NCBI GenBank assembly: GCA_049971805.1 | Contig: JBMFKU010000030.1 | Location: 1 to 13,006 of the forward strand | DNA: 13,006 nt | Direction of reading: 5' to 3' | From: Caldisphaera sp. | GTDB lineage: Archaea > Thermoproteota > Thermoprotei_A > Sulfolobales > Acidilobaceae | Shown: positions 1 through 6,834 of the stretch, in pieces | How positions within the stretch are numbered: the first letter of the stretch is position 1 | How the letters are laid out: each line of letters opens with the position of its first letter | Made by a program: the position numbers and the translations under genes | Notes under the pieces: model-generated | What the model saw: only the letters and a program-made list of their open reading frames with translations | Database searches by the model: none | What the model was told of the DNA's origin: nothing

Positions 1-77
1 TAAAAAATGAATGCAGTGAATCACAAAACTAGAACAGCTCTAAGAGAACCCTCACTCTTTAGTGTGGGAAGGGTCAG
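1..77 (+). mobile_element. Decayed 3' end (right end / omegaRNA-type region) of an IS200/IS605 tnpB element, truncated by the window edge
   Basis: GAACCCTCACTCTTTAGTGTGGGAAGGGTCAG (46-77) has a subterminal hairpin CCCTCACT-CTTT-AGTGTGGG (49-68, one mismatch) and ends in TCAG. It resembles the crenarchaeal IS605 right-end pattern as I recall it (GAACCCTCGCCCTTTAGGGCGGGGAGGAGGTCAG). The upstream ATGAATGCAGTGAATCACAAAAC also resembles recalled tnpB 3' ends. Not verified by search. Confidence 0.75.
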
Positions 78-114
78 GAACCACTAAAATCACTATATAA
101 AGAAATTCATTAAA

Positions 115-210
115 TGAAAAGAAAAAACTAAGAAGAAAAAGCACAAAGCAAGACTATTTATAGCTATCTTGTTATTTTAATTTATATTTATAATATTCTT
201 CGTGCTTTTT
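115..210 (-). terminator. Probable 3' end/terminator region of the 209..1447 gene: inverted repeat followed by U-tracts
   Basis: AAAAAGCACAAAG (136-148) and CTTCGTGCTTTTT (198-210) form a 12/13 inverted repeat with an inner CAAGA/TCTTG pair (149-153/167-171). On the minus-strand transcript several U4-U6 runs follow (115-140). Confidence 0.4.
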
Positions 211-1447
211 AGATTTGAGGCTTAATAATTGCAAAATCTTTGTTACATGAAGGATAAAAGATTGCATTTTCTTTTAATAGTTCTGCAACCTTATAAGATT
301 CCTTATCATATAAAAATACCTTTGCAATACTTAATGCTAAAGAAGGGTCTTCAATACAACATGCAAAAAACCCCGATGATTTTGCATTATATTTTTGCAT
401 AATTTCATTGCCTAAAATTAAATCGCTTTCTATAATAATGTTATTGCTTTTTGAAAGATCCCTTATCAAATTCCTAAATTCTTTATTTTCTACAACATCT
501 TTATCCGCACGTATAATAAAAATTCTATCTTTAAAATCTTTTAAAAGACTTAAAACGTGTATAGAGTAAATTCTATCTTTATCACTTAAGTCAATACCTA
601 TGCATTTCTCAAAGCTATTAATCTGAGTTATATCCATTAAATTATTGCAATAAGGCCTTTTAGAGATACCAATTTCTATATAATTATTTATTTTAATTAG
701 ATTATCTTTTAAATTATATGCCCATAATAAATAAGGTTCATCAAGCATTATCTTGCTTTTTTCTGATCTAACACAGACAACCTTTTTATTTCCATTAATA
801 TTAATACCTGAATATATAATTTTACCATTCAATTCCAGGCCATCGCAATCGCATAAATAAAATGGCTTGTTGTATAAAAAAACAGATAATAAATAAAGAC
901 CTATAGGGCCTGTTGAAGATGCCAACCCCAATAATATGGATCCCTTAATGCCTTCATCTAAAGTTGAAGATATTAATGCATTTACAAAGCTAACAATAAA
1001 TAAAGTTAACAAAAAATAATAGGTAAAAAAGTTATTCAAAAAATTTATTAATAATAATATAATTAAAACAAAGGAAACAAATGCTGGGGGTATTGGATTA
1101 ATAGGCCTGTCTATATTTAAAGATCCCTCACCCCTTTTTAAAGCAAAGCGTGCGACCAAAGAAGAAACGATACCCATAAAAGAAGAAAGCAATAATATGC
1201 CCCAAAAATATTTAATAAACAAAATTGGTATCAAAGATATTGAAATGCCTAGCAAATAATTACCTATAAATGTGGCGAGCAATGAAAAAATTATTATTAT
1301 AAATGGTAATAAAACCAAATAAAGCAATGAGCCTAAATTAAAGTTGTAAAGAATATAAGAACTTCTATTAGAATAAAAAATAACAATCAAATATGAAATT
1401 AAAACAACTATTTCTGCTATTTGTTTGTTTAAATTTTTGCATTCCAT
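209..1447 (-). CDS. Membrane protein, about 6-7 N-terminal TM segments plus a ~215-aa soluble alpha/beta domain (possibly degenerate HerA/VirB4-like, no Walker A)
   Basis: 412-aa ORF with GGTG upstream of the ATG. Residues ~10-192 are strongly hydrophobic. The C-terminal pattern (IFIIRAD...FRNLIRDLSK...IIIES...ILGN...IEDP) loosely follows the post-Walker B part of HerA/VirB4 ATPases. The CDS is well supported; the family call is weak. Confidence 0.8.
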   Translation of the reverse strand: MECKNLNKQIAEIVVLISYLIVIFYSNRSSYILYNFNLGSLLYLVLLPFIIIIFSLLATFIGNYLLGISISLIPILFIKYFWGILLLSSFMGIVSSLVARFALKRGEGSLNIDRPINPIPPAFVSFVLIILLLINFLNNFFTYYFLLTLFIVSFVNALISSTLDEGIKGSILLGLASSTGPIGLYLLSVFLYNKPFYLCDCDGLELNGKIIYSGININGNKKVVCVRSEKSKIMLDEPYLLWAYNLKDNLIKINNYIEIGISKRPYCNNLMDITQINSFEKCIGIDLSDKDRIYSIHVLSLLKDFKDRIFIIRADKDVVENKEFRNLIRDLSKSNNIIIESDLILGNEIMQKYNAKSSGFFACCIEDPSLALSIAKVFLYDKESYKVAELLKENAIFYPSCNKDFAIIKPQI

Positions 1448-1505
1448 CCTAATTTAAACACCATTATTTTAATAAAAATAAAGCTATTTATTTTTTAGAG
1501 CCTTA

Positions 1506-1527
1506 AGGTTTAAAGCTTTTAAAACCT
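1506..1527. promoter_or_regulatory. Back-to-back BRE/TATA promoter for the divergent 209..1447 gene and the pilus operon
   Basis: AGGTTTAAAGCTTTTAAAACCT has dyad symmetry (AGGTTT...AAACCT). Plus strand reads AAAG-C-TTTTAAAA (TATA 1517-1524); minus strand reads AAAAG-C-TTTAAA (TATA 1514-1509). Confidence 0.55.
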
Positions 1528-1569
1528 GCATTTTTATTATATTAGTTGGGAAACTGTGGGGTAGCCTTT

Positions 1570-3138
1570 ATGAATGAAAAAGCAAACCTAAAGATATTGG
1601 AAGAATATGGTGTTATAGGCTACCCCAAGGTATTTATTAGGATTTCTGAAGATGAAGACAAAAGAAGGCTTTATGATGTAATAGAACCAATACTAGATGA
1701 GGTATCTCAATTTGTTTATAAGGAAATTATGAACTATGTAGCAAAGGATCTAGATTTATCAAGAAAATTGAGCTTAAAGAAAAGTGTAGAAGAAGGTATA
1801 GAAGTGCTTTTGCCATTAGCCAAAAGCCTGGCATCCAAAAAAATTAAAATAGGCTTTCATTTAAGAAAAGATGGTAGACTAAAGGATTTAGAAAAGAAAA
1901 TTAATGATTGTGCATTAACCTCATCATATTATGCCTCAAGGGATCTTATAGGATATGGTAAAATAGAGCCATTGATGAGGGATCCATATATAGAGGATAT
2001 ATCATGTAACGGCCTGCATATATCCCTATTTGTATACCATACAAAGTATGAATGGCTTACAACGAATGTCGTTTTTAATAGCGAAGATGAATTAAATTCA
2101 ATAATTTCAAAGCTTGGAGTTAAAAGCTCTAGAGAGCCCTCCATTGCAAATCCAATAATAGAAGGCGTTTTAAAACCTGAAGGGTATAGAGTAAACATAG
2201 TTTTAGATACAGTATCAAGACATGGTCATAGCTTTACAATAAGAAAGTTCAGAGCCGAGCCTTTTACAATAATAGAATTGATGAAAACAAAAACTCTAGA
2301 CCCATTAGTTGCATCATTTATTTGGTTAGCTGTTGAAAGCAAGCAAGGAATTATATTTTACGGCCCAACAGGTAGCGGTAAGACAACATTGCTAAATGCA
2401 TCAACAATGCTTATGCCAACAGAATACAAGATAGTTACAGTTGAAGATACCCCTGAAATATATTTACCATTCCATGAAAACTGGGGAGCAATGATGACCA
2501 GGTCTTCTACAGATCCAAGAGTAGAAAACATTACTTTACAATCGCAAATAGAGGCGGCATTAAGACAAAGGCCGGATGTCATAATAGTAGGAGAAATAAG
2601 ATCAAGAGAAGCATTTGCATTCTTCCAGGCACTGGCAACTGGTCATGGAGGTCTAACAACAGTTCATGCAGAGTCTGCAGATGTCTTAATAAAGAGGCTC
2701 GTCTCTCCTCCAATGAATGTGCCAGCTAGCCTTATATCTGCAGCAAGACTGTTTGTAAACATCTTAAGAGTTGAAGAAGGGGGAAATACATTTAGAAAAG
2801 TGATGAGAATCGATGAATCTTGGGGTTATGATTTCAATACAAACAATGTTATATTAAAGGAAAAGATTTTATGGGATAGACAAAAGGATTATTGGTACAT
2901 TAAAGGAAAAGAGAGCTATCTATTAAAAACAGTTGCACAATTAAATTTGATTAGCTATGATGAGGTAATTAATGACTTAAAAAGGAGAGCAACAGTACTT
3001 AACTGGTTAATTAAAAAGGTTTCTAATAGTACAATGCTTAATGAAGTTCTCAGGCTATACAAGAGGGATCCAATCGATATATATAAACAAGCTGTTTCAG
3101 AATCGGGAGAATACAATATAGAAATAAGAGGGGATTAA
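1570..3138 (+). CDS. Type IV pilus / type II-IV secretion assembly ATPase (VirB11/TadA/FlaI family)
   Basis: Walker A GPTGSGKT, Asp box TVEDTPE, Walker B DVIIVGEIR, His box TGHGGLTTVHA and the archaeal GYGKIEPLMRDPYIEDISCNG motif. Start moved from TTG 1546 to ATG 1570, which has a GGGGT SD-like site upstream. Confidence 0.95.
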   Translation: MNEKANLKILEEYGVIGYPKVFIRISEDEDKRRLYDVIEPILDEVSQFVYKEIMNYVAKDLDLSRKLSLKKSVEEGIEVLLPLAKSLASKKIKIGFHLRKDGRLKDLEKKINDCALTSSYYASRDLIGYGKIEPLMRDPYIEDISCNGLHISLFVYHTKYEWLTTNVVFNSEDELNSIISKLGVKSSREPSIANPIIEGVLKPEGYRVNIVLDTVSRHGHSFTIRKFRAEPFTIIELMKTKTLDPLVASFIWLAVESKQGIIFYGPTGSGKTTLLNASTMLMPTEYKIVTVEDTPEIYLPFHENWGAMMTRSSTDPRVENITLQSQIEAALRQRPDVIIVGEIRSREAFAFFQALATGHGGLTTVHAESADVLIKRLVSPPMNVPASLISAARLFVNILRVEEGGNTFRKVMRIDESWGYDFNTNNVILKEKILWDRQKDYWYIKGKESYLLKTVAQLNLISYDEVINDLKRRATVLNWLIKKVSNSTMLNEVLRLYKRDPIDIYKQAVSESGEYNIEIRGD

Positions 3139-3217
3139 AACGTTTAAAAGATCAAAAAAGGTAAAAAAGAATAAAATACATAAAAATTTTTTAAAAAATT
3201 TAAATTACTATATAAGC

Positions 3218-4075
3218 TTGTTTTATAATAACATTAGGCCATGTAATTTAATATATAAGATAAACCACGACATAAGCTATTTAGTTATAGGCTCTGGGAT
3301 CAGCAAGAATCTTTCAGATTATTGCAAAAAAGCTGTATTAATATACCTTTTCCTGCCAACATTATTATGGGAAGTAGCTTACATATACATGGGCTTAAAT
3401 CCTAAATATGATTTAGAAAAAATAATAGTTTTCTCGATATTAACAGCAATTATTGGCTATATCATATCAATTTTTATAAGCGTTTTAATACCATCGTTTA
3501 AGTATTCATCTAGAAAAGACTTGTTGGAGGCAAAATTCCATGTATTTGCATCTTCCTTAACTTCAATACTTGCAGGGGGTGAAGGGTTAGCAATTGCTTT
3601 GCAAATCTTTTCTACAAAATATGAAAATGAGTTGAAGGAATTTAATGTTGAACTAAACTATATAAAGGCATTAAGCAATTTAAATGTTGATCCAGTAACA
3701 ATACTCGAAGATCTATCAAAAATTACCCCTTCCCCTAGCTTAAAGCTTTTTTGCCAATCATTAGCCAGAGGAGAAAGGGCTGGTGCAGATTTAGTCCAAA
3801 TAGCCCAAGACTCTATAAACTCCTATTTGAATTTCTACTATTCTTTAGTTGAAAAGGTATCTGCATCGATTGGTACATTATTGGAATCATTTCTTGTTGT
3901 GGGTATAGTTGCACCTGTTTTAGTTGGAGTAATGGGAATGCTGTTTACTGTAATGCCCGTTAGCAGTTTAAGCTTTAGCTCACTAATTATATTGGTTATT
4001 TTTATATTAATACCGATAGTTTCAATAATAACAGCAGTTCTGGCTGATAACCAATCAAGCAAGCTAAAGCTATAG
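3218..4075 (+). CDS. Type IV pilus membrane platform protein (TadC/FlaJ/T2SS-F family), copy 1; true start may be upstream (ACG 3140)
   Basis: Two N-terminal TMs, a T2SSF-like cytoplasmic domain (LTSILAGGEGL...LSKITPSPSLKLFCQSL...GADL) and two C-terminal TMs; lies directly downstream of the ATPase. Confidence 0.88.
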   Translation: MFYNNIRPCNLIYKINHDISYLVIGSGISKNLSDYCKKAVLIYLFLPTLLWEVAYIYMGLNPKYDLEKIIVFSILTAIIGYIISIFISVLIPSFKYSSRKDLLEAKFHVFASSLTSILAGGEGLAIALQIFSTKYENELKEFNVELNYIKALSNLNVDPVTILEDLSKITPSPSLKLFCQSLARGERAGADLVQIAQDSINSYLNFYYSLVEKVSASIGTLLESFLVVGIVAPVLVGVMGMLFTVMPVSSLSFSSLIILVIFILIPIVSIITAVLADNQSSKLKL

Positions 4076-4083
4076 GTGGGAAA

Positions 4084-4992
4084 ATGACAAAAAGGGTTGG
4101 ACCTCCAAGGCCTACAAGATACATATCTTTTACACCAATTTCAGGCCTCATATCATTGCTTCTATTTTATTTTTTATTTATAAAGCTTTTTCCAACACAG
4201 TTTCCAAAGTTTATCATATTTTCGGGCATACCTGTACCTGCAAGTAACATAACTATTATATTTATTGATCTGTTTTTAATTTTCCTCCTTCTTCCTCTCG
4301 CATTTTACTCAAAAAAATATACTGTATTTATGCAAAAACTAAAAGAACAGACAAGGGGGTTTTTGCAAGTATACCCAAGCGTTGCAACTTCATTGCCCTC
4401 TGTTTCACAGGCAATAATTGCATCTATAGACCTAGTTGAAGAACCTTTAAAGGACTATTTAGCTGCATTTGGCTATCTTTATAAGATGACTGGCGATTTA
4501 GAAGGTTCTTTCTTAAAGATATTTTCAAATGCCCCTAGAGATGTTAGGTTATTGCTTATATCTATATTGACAACAGCCAAAAGTGGTGGGAGGTCTAGCG
4601 ATGTATTAAACGTTACAAGTAAATACGCATCAGAGCTACAAAGGATGGAGTCTTACCTAAAAAACAAGTTGCAATCATACTCAACAGTAATAATGATGGG
4701 TATAGCAGTTTATGGTTTTTCAGTTGGTATGACAACTGTTATGCTGGAAATACTAAGAAAGAGCCCTTCTCTTGGTTTAACAGGGATTTCTACATATGCA
4801 ATAAATGTTGAAGGTGTTATAGGGATTTTCTTTTATTCCCTTTTAATAGTATCTGCTGCATCTGCATATGTAATTGCAAAGATAATTTCAGACTATGCTC
4901 CAAGAACTAGCGAATATTTTATTTATTTAATATCAATTGGTACAATAAGCATGATGATAGCATTTTCCATGGCCCGGGGTTTAATACACTAA
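4084..4992 (+). CDS. Type IV pilus membrane platform protein (TadC/TadB/FlaJ family), copy 2
   Basis: GGTGG SD site before the ATG. TM-TM, T2SSF-like domain (TTAKSGGRSSDVL...LKNKLQSY), then three TMs; operonic with the ATPase and pilins. Confidence 0.88.
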   Translation: MTKRVGPPRPTRYISFTPISGLISLLLFYFLFIKLFPTQFPKFIIFSGIPVPASNITIIFIDLFLIFLLLPLAFYSKKYTVFMQKLKEQTRGFLQVYPSVATSLPSVSQAIIASIDLVEEPLKDYLAAFGYLYKMTGDLEGSFLKIFSNAPRDVRLLLISILTTAKSGGRSSDVLNVTSKYASELQRMESYLKNKLQSYSTVIMMGIAVYGFSVGMTTVMLEILRKSPSLGLTGISTYAINVEGVIGIFFYSLLIVSAASAYVIAKIISDYAPRTSEYFIYLISIGTISMMIAFSMARGLIH

Positions 4993-5004
4993 GGTGGAAA
5001 ATTA

Positions 5005-5037
5005 ATAAGGTCTTAAAAACCATATATATAAGGGGAT
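5005..5037 (+). promoter_or_regulatory. Possible internal promoter (BRE/TATA) and SD site for the pilin genes
   Basis: TAAGGT-CTTAAAAA (TATA-like 5012-5019) lies about 22-29 nt upstream of TTG 5041; AGGGGA at 5031-5036. Confidence 0.4.
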
Positions 5038-5040
5038 AAA

Positions 5041-5481
5041 TTGAAAAATAAAAGAGCTATTAGTGATATTGTTGCAGAAATAATGATGATTTTAGTAACG
5101 TTAGCGATAGGATTTGTTTTAATAGCCTATCTATCTTCATCCGCAGGGTCATTTGTTAGCCTTGTAAATTCCAATAGCAACAAGGAGCAATTAAACCTCC
5201 AGCAATATATTGTTCCGATGGGATCTTATGTAAATAAAAGCAATTTATATATAATTTTTAATACAGGCCCTATGGGTGAAGAGGTTTACAATGTTTACAT
5301 TAATAGCACATTAATCAATACATGCCAGGTTTCTTATAAAAACAACTGGTATTCATTACCTGCTAATTTGCCATCTAATGCGGTTGCTGTGATAAAGTGT
5401 TCCAACATAAAAAACTCACCACTACTGGTAACAATATCTTATAGTGGGGGGGAAGTAGAAATTGAGGCAAATCCATCATAA
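5041..5481 (+). CDS. Archaeal type IV pilin (class III signal peptide), 146 aa
   Basis: MKNKRA/ISDIVAEIMMILVTLAIGFVLIAY: basic leader, PibD/FlaK-type cleavage site and hydrophobic helix, followed by a small beta-rich domain with two Cys. TTG start with AGGGGA SD. Confidence 0.9.
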   Translation: MKNKRAISDIVAEIMMILVTLAIGFVLIAYLSSSAGSFVSLVNSNSNKEQLNLQQYIVPMGSYVNKSNLYIIFNTGPMGEEVYNVYINSTLINTCQVSYKNNWYSLPANLPSNAVAVIKCSNIKNSPLLVTISYSGGEVEIEANPS

Positions 5482-6451
5482 AAGATCTCAATCAGCAATA
5501 GTTGGTGCAGTAATTTTTGTCATAGCAGTTTTTATCGTGGCTGGAGTATTAATTTCTCTAATAAACTATAATGAAAACCTGTATTCAACCCAAAAAAATT
5601 CCATACAGATACAACAAATGGTTAGCTTGATAGAAAAAGATATATTTTCTTATTATTACTACAATGGAAGCTATATCTTTATTAATGTTACAAACAATGT
5701 TTATCCCTATGGCTATTATATTTCTGGCATTTCAGTTATTTTAAGCAATGGAAGCTATATAACTTATGATCAATACTCTGGGGCTAGCAACTCATTAAAT
5801 ATAACAGTTAAAGGAGTTAATGGAGGGGTTGCAACATATAACTTTTTGCCTGTTCCAATGAACCCTAACTACTCTGCCCTAATTATTATAAAGAATATTA
5901 AATCAAACCCTATAGGAATTTCTATAAGCGTCGCTAATGGAAAGGCCATAGCTTCAATACCTGTTGAGAATTTACAGCAAATTCTTTCAGCATTAAGAGG
6001 AACTGGTGTTATATATGTTGTTCCACCGGTAAGCAAAATAATAACTAATAAATATTTTGTTGTTAACTTTACTATTGTGGATATAAACCCTTACGATATA
6101 ACATATAGCCAAACCCATGATGAAAATAATAAAGGGTATTATTCATGGAATGTTTCGTTTTATTACACAACAAAATATATTAATGGTACTTTATACTATC
6201 AAAATTCATTATTTAAAGAACAATCTAGTGGTAGCAATCTGTATTTATCCAACGGTTATAATATAACATACACAAACGTACCTTCAGGTTACTACTATTA
6301 TTACAATATATCCGATCTATACTTATATTCTTCTAGTAATAAACAAACGGAAATAATATGTTATCCAAATCCAGCTTCTGGTATAATTCTAGTTAACCAA
6401 AATATCTTTATAAATATTACTTATAATTGTCCTGGAGCAAAAAAAGATTAA
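5462..6451 (+). CDS. Large minor pilin / putative adhesin with class III signal peptide, 329 aa
   Basis: MRQIHHKRS/QSAIVGAVIFVIAVFIVAGVLISL; Tyr/Asn/Ser-rich beta domains; about 11 N-x-S/T sequons counted by eye; C-terminal Cys pair; overlaps pilin 1 by 20 nt. Confidence 0.85.
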   Translation: MRQIHHKRSQSAIVGAVIFVIAVFIVAGVLISLINYNENLYSTQKNSIQIQQMVSLIEKDIFSYYYYNGSYIFINVTNNVYPYGYYISGISVILSNGSYITYDQYSGASNSLNITVKGVNGGVATYNFLPVPMNPNYSALIIIKNIKSNPIGISISVANGKAIASIPVENLQQILSALRGTGVIYVVPPVSKIITNKYFVVNFTIVDINPYDITYSQTHDENNKGYYSWNVSFYYTTKYINGTLYYQNSLFKEQSSGSNLYLSNGYNITYTNVPSGYYYYYNISDLYLYSSSNKQTEIICYPNPASGIILVNQNIFINITYNCPGAKKD

Positions 6452-6485
6452 ATTGATAAAAATATAAACAAATCTTACCTTTTAA

Positions 6486-6746
6486 TTGGGAGTATGGTTT
6501 AAGGTTTGTTTTCAAAATAAATTAGATAATGCTAGCCATCAAATAGAGTATGTTTCACAATATGAGGTAAGCATCTACTTATTGTCAAATCCAAGGGTAA
6601 GAAGGTTTAAGATGTCTTCCTCAGGTCAAATAAGGATAAGGAGTTGGATTAACTTTACTCCCACATAGGGAGGAATCAGAGTAGCTCCTTTAAGGAATAA
6701 CTCTTAAGATCTCAGAAACCCTCGCCCATCACGACGAGGAGGACAG
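6486..6746 (+). mobile_element. Internally deleted, decayed IS200/IS605 tnpB remnant (5' part joined to 3'/right end)
   Basis: Right-end-like GAAACCCTCGCCCATCACGACGAGGAGGACAG (6715-6746) resembles 46-77. The translation LLSNPRVRRFKMSSSGQ...FTPT resembles the N-terminus, and RVAPLRNNS*DLRNPRP the C-terminus, of Sulfolobales-type TnpB as recalled. In-frame stops are present and no RuvC motifs remain. Left boundary is approximate. Confidence 0.65.
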
Positions 6747-6834
6747 ATTAGACAATAATACTGATTTTATTTTTAAATTATTTATACAAATTGAATTAAA
6801 ATTAAATAATTACCTTAATAAACCATTAGTAATT

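Noticed and set aside
128-225. Plus-strand reading KKKKHKARLFIAILLF*FIFIIFFVLF resembling a signal peptide
   Set aside because: No start codon and an in-frame stop; such sequences arise readily from A-rich followed by T-rich DNA.
1929-2582. Antisense ORFs 1929..2198 and 2358..2582
   Set aside because: Shadows of the ATPase gene with no recognisable motifs.
3838-4062. 74-aa antisense ORF
   Set aside because: Shadow of the hydrophobic 3' end of tadC1.
5087-5096. TGATTTTAGT in pilin 1 is complementary to part of the putative guide at 78-97
   Set aside because: Only 10 nt, AT-rich, and it excludes the 5' seed of the guide; expected by chance.
5446-5452. G7 tract near the end of pilin 1 as a slippage switch fusing pilin 1 to pilin 2
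   Set aside because: In the pilin 2 frame a TAG (5456-5458) lies between the tract and the TTG start, so no fusion is possible. The tract is explained as Gly codons plus an SD site.
1570-6451. Archaellum (fla/arl) operon
   Set aside because: No archaellin, FlaF/G or adjacent FlaH, and two short TadC genes instead of one FlaJ; fits a pilus.
6486-6668. 60-aa ORF as a functional gene
   Set aside because: Better explained as a broken tnpB fragment within the IS remnant.
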